From NCBI GenBank assembly GCA_964036045.1, contig OZ038378.1, forward strand, positions 175,460,001-175,524,000: a stretch of 64,000 nucleotides of DNA. Direction: 5' to 3'. Of the stretch, positions 12,601-23,774 are shown piece after piece (position 1 is the stretch's first letter; each line of letters starts with the position of its first letter). Source of the stretch: Eutreptiella sp. 'Long Island Sound 2002' (Eukaryota; Protista; Euglenida). A program made the position numbers and the translations under genes. Below the pieces are notes generated by a model that saw only the letters and a list, made by a program, of their open reading frames with translations, was not told where the DNA came from and did no database searches.

Positions 12601-15600
12601 GTGTGGCGAGTTGGGGCCTCCACTACTGGTGCACCAACGGAATCAACAGCAGTAAACTGGTCAGCGTCACGCACGACAAGTCTCTGAGACGCTCAATTTC
12701 ATGGGGTAAGAGGCCTAAAGTGGGATGGCGGGTGGAGTAAGCAGGAGAGTTCAGGATGGGCGCTGAGATTGTGGTGTGTGCTCTGCAGCATGGCCACCTG
12801 TCCCCCATGGTACTTGGCTTGCACATGGTCTGGCCGTGCGTGTCCGAAGCGAAGTTCTGTGACTCAACCCCTGCTCGCCCCGAGCCCTTCCCACCCCTCC
12901 CGAGAGCAAGAAACTTGGTCTAAGCAGGGTGATCATGAAGGACGTCCGCAGTGTGTTTTTGTTTTTTTCCGTTGAGGACCGCTCCCAGGGATCGCTCGAG
13001 TGACTGTCAAATTGCCGTCAGGTGCCCTCCAACCGCCGTCGGTTGCCCTCCAACCGCCGAGCCGGGTTTGACGGCTGCCAGCAGTTTTCTTTTCCTACCC
13101 TTAAGGACTGCCCCGTTGTTAAGGCGGGATATTTTCCACGCTTTTGGTGCACACATCCGAAGCTGAAGGGATGCATGGTGGGGCGGGGTGGCAGAGCCAG
13201 TGGTTAGTGGCGGTAAAAACGCGGTCGGAGGGGTTGACAAAACGGTTCGGAGTGGAAACTGTCGGGTACAAAGGCCTTTGGCCGGGGTGGAGGGGCAGCC
13301 GGGGATGGAGAAAAAGCGGCCGCGTCCCAGGCTGGGTCCAGAGAAGCCCCCCCCCCCCCCTCTTCCACTGCATTCCTGCTGCTCCTCGTGGCCTGCCTCA
13401 CCCACACCCAATTCTTCGCTGACTAAGACCCGCTGCTCTTTTGTTTCCTCAGATCGTGGGGACGACCAGCGAATGCAACATGACATGGCCCGTCTGATGA
13501 CCCGTGAGACCGGGTTCGAAGCCGTGATGCGGCTGAGGACGGCTGTTGGGCTGAAGATCACCAATTTCTTCGGGAATTTCCATCTGCGCGGGAAAGACTT
13601 GTTGGCCCTGCCAAACATCGATGAGGACAAGGCATTTGGCTTCGAGGTCTGTCCCTGACAAGACACAGACACCGAGGCCCCACAGGACCTCCCTCGCGTT
13701 GCGGCATCCCTTGGCCCCGTAATGCAAATCCTGCGTGGAAAGCACCCTCGGAACTTCATGGTCCGGGAGGGGCGCCAAGGGGGCAGCACTGGGGCAGTGA
13801 TGCCGCGGTTGTGAGCACTGAGATAAACACTCCACTCTGATCCACAAAACATGCAGCCCCCCCACCACGAATCGACGGTGCGTTTTTCACACACCAATTT
13901 GCATCGTCTCTCCCTTCCCACTCCTCTTTGAAGTTATGTGCCTTTGAGTGGTTGCAATCCAGTAGCTTTTGGTAGGGGGCTGTGTTAAACAGGGTAGGCC
14001 TACCAGCGTTTCCACCTACACCTTCGCCTAGCTCACCTTATTTCGGTTGTACCCCCCTTCGCCCCTATAAATGTCCTCGATCCACGAAAGCAGGTCACCC
14101 AAAAGACATGGCACTGGACACCGGTTGTACTCTGAGGTGACCTACCATCAGACATTGCGGGGGCTCTCAGCGATGGTGTGCACCGAGGGCTGCTGCCTGA
14201 GCTGCTACACAGTGACAAGGCTGTCATACGTACTGTCCCTGGCCCCACCCCCAACCTATCCTGGCCCTTGCTTCTGCGGCGTGCCTGATCCTTGCGCGGC
14301 TTTCGTTGAGGGCGGAGACATTTGTTCGCCCTGTTCCTTCCCCTGTCCCTGCTCGTGCTCCTGCTGCTGGATCCCCCTTTTTTCTGTTGCACCTCCATAA
14401 CGGCTGCTGTTTTCGCCCCACTTCACCCCACGGAGTCTATGGCAGTGGGACCTGCATCTCTTTCTTTGGGTTATTTGCATGCGCTCATATTTGCACTGCA
14501 AACGGCACAGGGTTTAGTACTAACCACTGAGGGTCCCCAACGCGGTGAGGACAGCTTCCCCCGGCCGTTACGGTATATGTTGTTGGTACTACCTCTGCCT
14601 ACATCGCGGCCTTGTCGTACTCCCCTCCTTGCCTGCCCTGTGCCCTTGCATTTATAGTTGCGGATGTCTGCGTTGTAGCGTGTGTCCACGCGGATTGGTG
14701 TGCGTATGATCGTGCAAACGTTTGCAGGTGGCGCTGCAGCCCAACACGATGTTGAATGGCAACACTGCATGCTTCCAGACTGCATTGCTGTACACGCATG
14801 TGTCTGGGCAGCGCAGGTATTGCATCAAATCTCGGCGTGACTTGCCTCTCAAGCTCAACCCCACATGATCGGGCCCCCCAACCCTCCAATCCGCCCGATA
14901 ACCCCCGAGATACTCTTCTTCCTGACTACAAGTTGTGGTCAAGGGTGTAACGTAGTTGTGTGCCAATCGTACAAGGGAAGAGGGGCTGGGCCATGCCTGT
15001 GATAATCCTTCGGCTCATAACAATATTCTGCATGATACTGCAACCCAATGCTGTTTTGAGGTGATTTCAAGACATGGCTGATGGTTGTCCCTCCACTTGT
15101 GGAGATGACTACATTCATATGAAGTGCCCCTGGAATAGGCATGGAATTCAGCATCAGATGCTGGACCACCTGTCCTCTTCACAATCTACAGCCATCACCT
15201 TCTGAGGCCTCTTCCACCTAAGGGCCGTCACCAACACACAGTGCACTCGCCCAAGAGCATGCCAGCCCCGCCCCGCCTGCTCCCTTGCCCAGTGGCTGGG
15301 AGCTTGCCACCAAAGATAGGCCGGCGTCCGCGTCCCATATTGACCACAACTGGGGGGTTGCAATGAGCTGCCCCCATACCCCACAGTTGTTGTACAGCCC
15401 TCCAAGACCCTCCTTAGAGACCCTTCTTTGTTGCACCACAGGTGGCGTGCAAGCACGGCCCTGTCTCAGCGCGATCAACCTGTGTCGCCGTTGGTTTCCT
15501 TGCCCATCCAATCAGAAGGGGGGGGGGGAGAATACAGCCCCAGCAACAGCCGAACCCAGGATCAATAGGACGCAGCTGTGTGACAAGGCGAACTGTCCCC

Positions 15601-18600
15601 CACTCCCCACCCCTGACTTAATACGAAGGCTTCTAGCGCCGGCGGTGGAGTGGGTGCCACGGGGACAGAAGCAGCCTCGTGAGCAGAGGGTCAACTGTCC
15701 CTTCGTCACGTACAAGAAAGACATTTCCCCAGCGCTAGGGGACCAATAAGGTGTACAATTTCTCCCTGCAGCCCAAAAGCAGTGCGCGCACCCGCAAGCA
15801 CCAACCAGCGCATTGACACCCCATTTATGGCGAACCCCCCCAACTAAACAGCCCCCCAACATTTACTCCCCCTGCCAGTACTGCCAGAGGGCGACTTCAG
15901 CCCTCGTGCATGCCTGTAGTGGCCCGCTTGCGAGTGGTTGTAGTGCAGCGCGGCCAACACCAACGACAATATGCCTGGCACCGCAGCGCGCGCTGTCGGG
16001 TCACACTTGGCGATCTGGAAGTCCCTGCCCGTGATCTGGAAGCCCCCGGCCCTGTGTACAACCTCCGACATCAGTTGTGTTGGAGAGTGCCCTCCGAATT
16101 TCACGGTTATGGGAACGACTAAGTTTGAAGCTTGCCACGGACGAAGTGGACTGCATGTGGGCCATATGCTGCCATGGTGGGCAGGCAAGACTGACATCCC
16201 ACAAAACTGTGTTTTTCTTGCCTCACTCCCCATAGACACAAACGACTTGAAGCAACAAAAAGCAAGTCACACACAAGACAAAGCACTGGACACCGGTTGT
16301 AATACACGAGCTGCTGGATGCAGGACGCAACGATCCATCGTCTTGCATCCAGTATAAAACTGATGGCCCTTTGCGCCACACAGCGTCAGCGCAGTACCCT
16401 CAAGTGGTTCCACCGTTTTGTTACATCTCTCGATGTTGTGTGACGGTTTCTGGTCGGCAGTCAATGGTCCGCACAAATGTTACTCGCTTCAGGATTCGGG
16501 TGCACACCGTCAATGTCCCCGTGACATCTTCGATGCCGCAGATGTACCGCTTGGTGGATTGGCCTTGCATGTGGGCCGTGATGCTCAGGTCTCGTCTGTA
16601 AACACGCACAGCGATGTGTGAGTGGTCCCGAGTGTGGGTATCCCGGTAGGTGCGAGCATTGAGAGTGGTTGCGGGTCTGGGTGTGAGTGTACATGCGGGT
16701 ATGGGAATGCAGTGGGAATGGAAGTGTGAACGCTGTTGCGGCTGCGAAAAGAGAAGACAAAGCGAGAGGAGTCCAGGAGTAATCGGGGCGACAGTGCTGG
16801 ACAATCAGGCAGACACCATGTCGAACAGGGGGCAACCTAAGTCGCATATGTGCTGGTCTAGAGTGCCCGGCCAATAATGGCTCGTTTCGGTTTGAGTAGG
16901 TCCGCTGGTGCTGGTCGGTGGTGGTGCTGCAAATTGCGTTTGGGGATTGCTCCTCGTCGTGTACCTCCGGACCTGTCATCCCGATGTCGTGTTCGTTGAG
17001 CATCACGTTCGAGACTGGAAACCGGCAGCACAGACGACTCGGAGGGCTTCAACTTCAGCTCTGTTTGGCTCTTTGTGGCTGTGTGTGTCTTGTATGGCTC
17101 TGTCATGTGTCGCTCTGTCTCTCTCTGTGTATGTGCGTGGCCGTGCTCCTTGGCCGTGTTCTTTGTGGCTCTTGTGTTTCGCTGGGTGGCTGTGTGGCTG
17201 TGTTTGGCTGTGTGCGGCCCGAAGGCGGCTACGCGGGCCCCTGTGTTCAGCCAGCCACGGAGTGCACCCCTGAACGGGTACGCCCCCAGTGATGCTCGGG
17301 GGAGAAAACGGCAGCCTGGCAGAAGTACTGGGGGCTGCTGACGAAAGACTCCAGCCAAACCACGTGTGTGAAACACTGAAATGGCACTGCAGCAGTGGAT
17401 GATCGCAAGGGCATTCAAACGCCCAGTGAAGCAAGCAGCCAACACAAGAACGATAACTAACAGCATGGATGACTCCAGGGACAGGGGGGGGGGGCTGATG
17501 TTCCAAGCAGACGCGTTGCCATACTGGGGGCCGGCCGACAGCTTGAATTGCATAGGGCACGTTTGTTGCTGCCCTTGTCCCCGGCCGCAAGATTGGGGGG
17601 GGGGGCAGAGTATGACGAACATTCTGTGCCAATGTAGTGAGGCACACGGCCCACTTCAGGTGCCCAGGAGTTTGCGGCATTCGCAGGCGGCGCTACAGTC
17701 CTGCTGTGGTGCTGCTTGTGTACATGACACCTCACGTGGGATGTTTCCGAAGTGCACGCACCGCAAGGACCAGTCTTCGCTGCAGCCTCGGCGTTTGGGG
17801 GTTTGAAGTGGCACAGAACTGTAAGACTGTTTCTTTGGTGGGGGTTGAGGGTGACTTTACGGTGACAATTGCATGTGCACACGGAATGGTTGCTCTGTGG
17901 CACGTCGCATGCACATCAGGAATGCAATCGAGCAAGCGGCTGCAGAAGGCCTTACACAAGCCCGCAGTGCCATTCTGGATAAGTTGGTGGCCATGCTGAA
18001 AAACTATCGCTCATGCCTCCCCGCCAGTCAGGTCTGTACATGAGTTGCACGGAGAGCCCCCCGCGTTTCGTGTTCAATGGCCATGGCTACACGAAAATTG
18101 AACCGCTGCCGCTGCACACAAGTCCATACAGCCCTCTATGGCCTCTCTTCGACGTTCTGCGGCCCTCTACGACCCTCCACAGCTTTCTACCGTCCTCTAC
18201 CGCCCTCTGCAACCCTCTCCAACTAACTACGGCTCTACAGCCCTCTACAGCCCTCTGCAGCCCTCTAACCTGCCTACGACCCTTCACGCCCCTTGGCAGC
18301 TCTCTACAATCCCCTACAACATCCACAACCCTCTGCATCATGCAAGCATGTCCATCACATGTTACTAAGATGGCACAATATATTGTTTTCACCCAGCGTA
18401 TGCGCATACAAGTGTGCCACCAACCCGTAGTGAAGACTGAATATTGGGACCAAGCAGGTGGAGAAAGGAATATTGCACACTGTACACAGCATCCAACATT
18501 GCACAGTGCGCACTGCGCGCTTTGAACACTGCACACTGCACCACCATGCACACTGCACCGTGCACACTGTGCACCGTGCACACTGTGCACCGTGCACACT

Positions 18601-21600
18601 GTGTAGTGCATGCCCCGTGCACCACAAGCTCTACATACACTGTGCACGCTGCACACTGCACTTTGTATATTGTACAAGGCGCCTGGTGCACACTATACGA
18701 CATGTGCTCCATGGACAGCACCCTACGCATTCTGCACAGTCCACTCTGTACCTTGTCCAATGTCCAAACGGGCCATTTTCAATGTTCTTTTCAACGTTTT
18801 GTGCACTGGAAAGAGGCAACGCGGACCTAATATATGTATGTAAAGATGTGTTTCACCATCTCAAAGGTCACTGTTGGGAAAACATATTTTCGCCTTCTTG
18901 GCCACAGGATCATTTCAAGGTTCAAGGTGTGTGTTAAATCCGGTCAACAAAGCTCAAACCATCCTAAAACCTTTTTAGCACCGCAAAGCCGAAATGCAAT
19001 CTGTGAGCATCTGGCAATCTGGCAATTCCAGGCTGCTGGCCATGCAGGGATCAGAGACTGTGGGCGATCGCAGTGATCTAGCATTTGCAGCGCAGCGTTT
19101 GGTGCTCGAAGCCCCCCGCCTGTGGGTGCGTGCAGCGGTTCCCCGTGGCTGTGGCTTTGTGCCCTGGTCCCTCCCCCTGTGGGTCCTTTCAGAGGTAAGA
19201 GTGGGTCTGCCACAAAGCACTGGCGATGAGGACTTGATCCGTAGCAGCAAGGGTGTCCAGCGGCAGAGCCGGCACCTGCTCCGTTGGGCTGGCTGGCATC
19301 TGGGAAATTCTTTTTTTAAAGGTTTTTTTTTTAAGGTTTTCAACCCTTTTTTGGACCCTTTTTTGACCCCTTTGCAACCTGTTTTGGGAACTTGGACATG
19401 GGTCAAGAAGAGTTCAAGCCAGCCTAAACGCACCTTTTCAGGCACCCCAAGTGGTCTGGGGGCAATTTTGTCCAAAATATTTTTTGACGAGATTTTCCCC
19501 CGCAGGTGACTGCTGGTAACCCTGACCAAGTAATCCGCCATCAAAATTTTGGCGGAATTTGAACCACCACAACAGAGTTCTGATTTTTCGCCATTTCACA
19601 TGCACTGCCGCTGCTGCTCGCTTCTATTTGCTAAAAGGGGTAGCGGGATATAAAATTTTACTGGTTCCACCAGATTGGTGACCCTAGCCCTAACAAGACT
19701 GAATACTTAGCTTGCAGCACACTTGAAGAACATACACCATCCACCAAGTATGCATAATGGTACCCCCCCCCCTTTTTGCAATCCCCCCCCCCCCCCCTTG
19801 CAATCCCCCCCCCTCTTGGGGGGGAACCGGCCTGACAAAAGGGGAGAGATTGCAAGGGGGGGGGGTACATGATGCAAGCAAACCCACACTTAGGTTAGCT
19901 GCCTCCGTTTGACCCTACACAACAAAGTGATTCATACCACCGGAACGTTGTAACCCAGGGTTGGGGTTAGTATACGGATTTAGACTTTGCCTTACTGCAA
20001 CCTTAAGTGCCCCCTTGCCTTCCACCCCCCTTCCCCCTTGGCTTCTTGCCCCCCCCCTAGCCACCTACCCCCACCCCACCTGCCCCACCGCATCCCCCCG
20101 TCCATGGAAACCACAGAAGTTCTTTGGTCCAATTGAGCCCTTTGGGGAGCCCCAGCCAGGGGGCCTTTCACCCCCCCCCCCCCCCTTGAGGTTGATAAAC
20201 TGCCCACCCCAACAGTCTGTAGCCCTCTACAACCCTCTACTACTTGAAAGCCTTGCTGCCCTGCAGTAGCTCAAAATACCCTGCCAAACACCCCGCCACC
20301 CGAGCAGTCCAAAAGCTCGGCAGCTCAGACACCCAGTTGTTCCGGGGCTGCTTGAAAACCTTGCTCCCGTGTAGCAACTCAAAAAGCGCTACAACTCTAT
20401 GGCAGCTCAAAAACTGTGCTGCTCTGCCTGCCTCAAAGTCCTTCTCTCTGTGCTTGCTTAAAACCCTTCTGCCCTTGTGGGCTTTTCAGACGCCACAAAG
20501 CAACAGGGTTTGAGCAGCCACAGGGGGCTTTGGAGCCGATGCAAAGCAGCAGCCACAGAGCGGCAGGCTTTCAATTGGCACCAGGCACCTCGGCGTTTGC
20601 ATTGCCACAGAGCAGCAGGGTGTACAGGATGCAGGGTTTTGAGTTGCCACAGGGCAGTGGTGTTTGAGCTGCTACAGAGCGGAAGTTTCTGCAGCTGCCA
20701 CATGAAGACAGGGCTTATGAGTTGCATCAGAGCACCAAGGTTTTGCAGTTGTCATAGAATAGCCCCCTCCGGTGCATCAGCGAAGTTTTTGTCTAGACCC
20801 CCCCCCCCAAAAAAAGGGGGATATGCATTATTTTTTGGGTACAGCTTCCATGGTTGGTTGTCTTTTTTGCCGTGACCTTGTGATAGTATTGTACTTGGTT
20901 GTGTGTTTGTCATTTTTCCTAACACATTGCACGGTTTAAAGGAGTTGGAGTTTGTACCCCCCCCCCCTCTTTGTGTAAGCCACGCCCTTGTCCAAGCTAC
21001 AGCGGGCATAGGGACTGTATTTATTGGGTACCTACTTTGATTGGTTACAAATGTACTGCAGCCCACATAGCTTTGATTTTGGGGATATTAGTGTATTATA
21101 TTCCCATGCAATCTTGTCTTTCTGAACCTGGGTGTCAACAGTAGGCGTAGGGACCATATTAATCTGGTACTTTGGCGTAGCTTATACAAAGGGTTGGGGG
21201 TAGGACTGCTGTGCGATTTTTCTTATTGTATTGTTGTAGGAAAAATACATCTGCGCATTGCATCAACATGCTTTCTCCGTTTCTCTCCCTCTCTCTCCTA
21301 CCCCCGGCCCCCTGGGGCACCCTGAGCGGAAACCTGGGCCTGGGTTACAATTCCCAGACCAATGTAGTGGAGAGCACCCTCCGAATTTCTAGATCCTGGA
21401 ATGACTACATGTGAACGCTGTCAGCATTGGCAGGGAAGATCGCGCCAAGGGGGGCAGTCGCGGGAATCCTGAGCAATGGGACATGCATTCCATTCTCACC
21501 ACAAAATTGCCCCCCCCCCCACACACACAAACCTGGACGATCACAAAGACATGGCACTGGACACCGGTTGTACCCCAAGGCAACCTACAAGCCTTCATGG

Positions 21601-23774
21601 AACAGCCTCCTGCCTGTTTGCCCTGTCCCTGTGCTGTCAGCTGTATGGTGCGGCACTGGTGCTGGTTCAAAAGCGGCAAAGTCCACAAGATACCTGTTGC
21701 TCTTGAAATGAAGAGCAAAGAGCCTTGCGTCTTTGGTCCTCCAGGCCCTGAGATTGCCATCTACAGGACGGGTGGGGCCTTGGTCCAAGCGGGTGACCCC
21801 CGACCCCCTTCAACCCCTTTCCCATCCCTCCATTTTGAAAGATAGTGCATACCCAACAGTTTGGAGGTGCCTGCCACATCTTCCCCATCATCCCCCCCCC
21901 CCCCCCGCTGACCAAAACACGTTCGGACCCACAGAGGGTCAGAATGAGCAGTGGCGAGAGGCCAATAGGCGCCGCCAAAGGCAAACAACCTAATACCGAG
22001 GCCTTGTGCCACCCCCGCCCCCCCCGCCGACCAACCGGCAGATCTACTTAGCCTTTGTGGGAGCCTCCCCACATGAGGTCCCCCCTGCAAGGTTTGAAAG
22101 ATATTACCACAGACGGTAGATGGTGTGTAGGACCCCCCCCCCCCCTTGCAGCCCCTTTGTAAACCCGCCCCTGCACCCCCAACCCAATTGCTGGACAACC
22201 CACCCACCCATCCACATGTGGAGGATTCCCTCCTCAAAAGGCGAACAAGTACTCACACCTGGAAGTACCAACCGGCATACTCCCTCAGCCTTGATGGCAC
22301 GCGCCCCCAGTCGCCGTGGTGCCATCTATCGGCCTCTGGGCTTGCTCTCGCGAAAGACCGGCCATGGCTCTCACTACCCTCCGCCCTGTCTTTGCTCAGG
22401 ATGCCAAAACCCTGATCCTCCCAGACTCCATGCAGCTCCTGCCGCTGCTGCTCTGCGCCGCCTTCAAGAATCCCGTGCTGCGCTGCAACACGGAAGGGGT
22501 TGACCCCGACGAGCGCGCGGCGCATCACATGCGGGCCATGACAACTCCAGTGGCGGCCAGTCTGCGCTTCCACTGCCCGGCGATCTACGATGTGATTGCC
22601 ACCCTGGAGGAGGGCACGCCCCAGCTGCTGTCGGTGAACGGTCGCGAGACGCTGTCGCCCACGAAGATCCTGCTCATCGACAACAGCTGGCAGCATCTAT
22701 TTTGGATTGGGCGACGGGTGGCCCCGCAGGTGAGTGCGTCTGCTGTGCCCTGACCTGCACGTTGCGTCCATCCGCCTATTGCGAGTTCTCCCCATTGTGG
22801 TGAATCCCTTACGGTAGGGCTTGTGGCCATATGGATTCCTTTCTCCAATTTGGGGACCACATTGAGGTGGGGATTATGTAGCCATGTTGAAACCACCTTC
22901 TTCTGGTTCCCCATTTTCGATCCCCCGATATGGCATGGGTGATGTAGCCAGACGAATCCCCCCCTGGAAACCCGATACGGTGTGGGTTTTGTAGCCATTT
23001 GTACCTCCCTGCTCTAGAGAACCCAACATGGGAATGGTTCTGGACAGTACTAGTGACAATCAGGGTGAGATCTGGCACATCCCCTCCGAGTGAAGTGCGA
23101 CAGATCGCCGTGGCTTCGGCGCCCTGTTTCCGATAGAATTTTGCCCGCTGGCCACACGCAGCCACCCCAAAGCATCATCAGACGTCTCTGGGAGCCCTGT
23201 GTGATGCAGTGCCAACAATTGTAAAAGGGCTGCTGCGGAAGAAAGTGTTGCTCTTCCAAAAGCCCGGGAGAGCGCCGAGCAACGGACACATGAGCTTTGG
23301 TGGACGCCGCCGGATGCGGCTACAACCAAAAGTTGTAGCGGCATACGGCAGCATCCGGTGGAGAAGTGCCCTCGTATCTTGCGGCCTATGGTTTGCAGGG
23401 CGCTGGCGTCTCGTCTGCTCCCCCCCTTCCCCCCCTCCCGGTCTCCCTTAAGACAGGTCTGATGTGACTCCCCCCCGAGCCGGCCCCCACCGCGCGCCCC
23501 TTCGCAGCATTTGGACGCGGTTTTCGGAGTCGAGTCCTCGGAGGACGCGAAAGAGGTCGTGGCCGAGAACATCCAGAACCAGGCGCTCTGGGACCTGCTG
23601 CGGCACCTGGAGTCCCCCAAGACCTCGTGGCAATTCCCAACCACCACCATCATCCGCGCCGGCGTGTCGCCCCTGGAGCGCCTCATGCTGCGCGGCCTGA
23701 TCGAGGACGAGCTCGCGAGCACCGTGAGCTACAGCAACTTCTTGGGGCAGCTGCACCGTCTGATTCTGGCCTAA
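163..23774 (+). CDS. SEC24: Sec24 (COPII coat subunit), 13 exons, 5'-incomplete
   Basis: Exons 163-273, 1403-1496, 3425-3650, 8230-8411, 9839-10026, 10455-10554, 11909-12020, 13453-13646, 14728-14816, 16493-16588, 17920-18031, 22400-22729, 23508-23774. All have GT-AG borders, phases match, and the total is 2101 nt ending in TAA. Motifs: [11 protein letters not shown], zinc finger [12 protein letters not shown]...CNVC, trunk [76 protein letters not shown]-terminal [10 protein letters not shown]. Confidence 0.95.
327..430. repeat. (GTGCA)n/(GTGGA)n pentamer microsatellite
   Basis: Directly visible tandem pentamers. Confidence 0.9.
576..670. repeat. (CT)n followed by (GT)n microsatellite
   Basis: Directly visible. 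Confidence 0.95.
1403..1496 (+). CDS. SEC24: Sec24 exon (zinc finger)
   Basis: [35 protein letters not shown] flanked. Confidence 0.93.
2228..2585 (+). repeat. Dispersed repeat, copy 1 (about 360 bp)
   Basis: Clearly homologous to 6715-7076; both end ...ACAACAACCAGACGGAATGTCACACAGG, followed by a G-rich run. Confidence 0.85.
2881..2952. repeat. 36-bp perfect tandem duplication
   Basis: GAGCCATGCTCGTTCCTGGGAGATGATGAAGACCCG x2. Confidence 0.9.
3425..3650 (+). CDS. SEC24: Sec24 exon
   Basis: [14 protein letters not shown]...RPEL...APPEYM...YLFALDVS. Confidence 0.93.
4940..7076 (+). mobile_element. Degenerate element of about 2.1 kb bounded by poly-G tracts, ending in dispersed repeat copy 2 (6715-7076)
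   Basis: Shares its 3' end with 2228-2585; internal ORF relic with C-x5-C-x4-C-x3-H ([17 protein letters not shown], about 5785-5840); class unknown. Confidence 0.45.
8230..8411 (+). CDS. SEC24: Sec24 exon (trunk)
   Basis: [20 protein letters not shown]...LLVPLR. Confidence 0.93.
9839..10026 (+). CDS. SEC24: Sec24 exon (trunk)
   Basis: [14 protein letters not shown]...CFGPAL...[19 protein letters not shown]. Confidence 0.93.
10455..10554 (+). CDS. SEC24: Sec24 exon
   Basis: [33 protein letters not shown]; absent from the ORF track, found by phase matching. Confidence 0.9.
11909..12020 (+). CDS. SEC24: Sec24 exon
   Basis: [37 protein letters not shown]; the donor at 12021 gives the phase the next exon needs. 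Confidence 0.9.
13453..13646 (+). CDS. SEC24: Sec24 exon (beta-sandwich)
   Basis: [49 protein letters not shown]. Confidence 0.93.
14728..14816 (+). CDS. SEC24: Sec24 exon
   Basis: [29 protein letters not shown](R). Confidence 0.92.
16493..16588 (+). CDS. SEC24: Sec24 exon
   Basis: [31 protein letters not shown](R). Confidence 0.92.
17920..18031 (+). CDS. SEC24: Sec24 exon (helical domain)
   Basis: [37 protein letters not shown]. Confidence 0.9.
18130..18760. repeat. Degenerate low-complexity repeats (CCCTCTAC-like, then TGCAC-like)
   Basis: Recurring CCCTCTAC/CCCTCTGC and GTGCAC/TGCAC units. Confidence 0.75.
20957..21200. mobile_element. MITE, empty copy (244 bp), TA-flanked, poly-C/poly-G termini
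   Basis: TA at 20955-56 and 21201-02; left end C-run...TTGTGTAAGCCACGCC, right end GGCGTAGCTTATACAAAGGGTTGGGGG; internal CCTTGTCCAAGCTACAG and CAGTAGGCGTAGGGACC match 45363-45420. Confidence 0.8.
21910..21990 (+). repeat. Dispersed repeat, also at 35935-36015
   Basis: ACCAAAACACGTTCGG.CCCACAGAGGGTCAGAATGAGCAGTGGCGAGAGGCCAATAGGCGCCGCCAAAGGCAAACAA at both sites. Confidence 0.85.
22400..22729 (+). CDS. SEC24: Sec24 exon (helical/gelsolin-like)
   Basis: [28 protein letters not shown]...DERAAH...[15 protein letters not shown]. Confidence 0.93.
23508..23774 (+). CDS. SEC24: Sec24 last exon
   Basis: HLDAVFGV...[25 protein letters not shown]-stop. Confidence 0.92.
   Translation, partial: HLDAVFGVESSEDAKEVVAENIQNQALWDLLRHLESPKTSWQFPTTTIIRAGVSPLERLMLRGLIEDELASTVSYSNFLGQLHRLILA

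Noticed and set aside
163-23774. Euglenid non-conventional (non GT-AG) introns
   Set aside because: Every junction needed to rebuild Sec24 and the other recognisable coding parts fits GT-AG.
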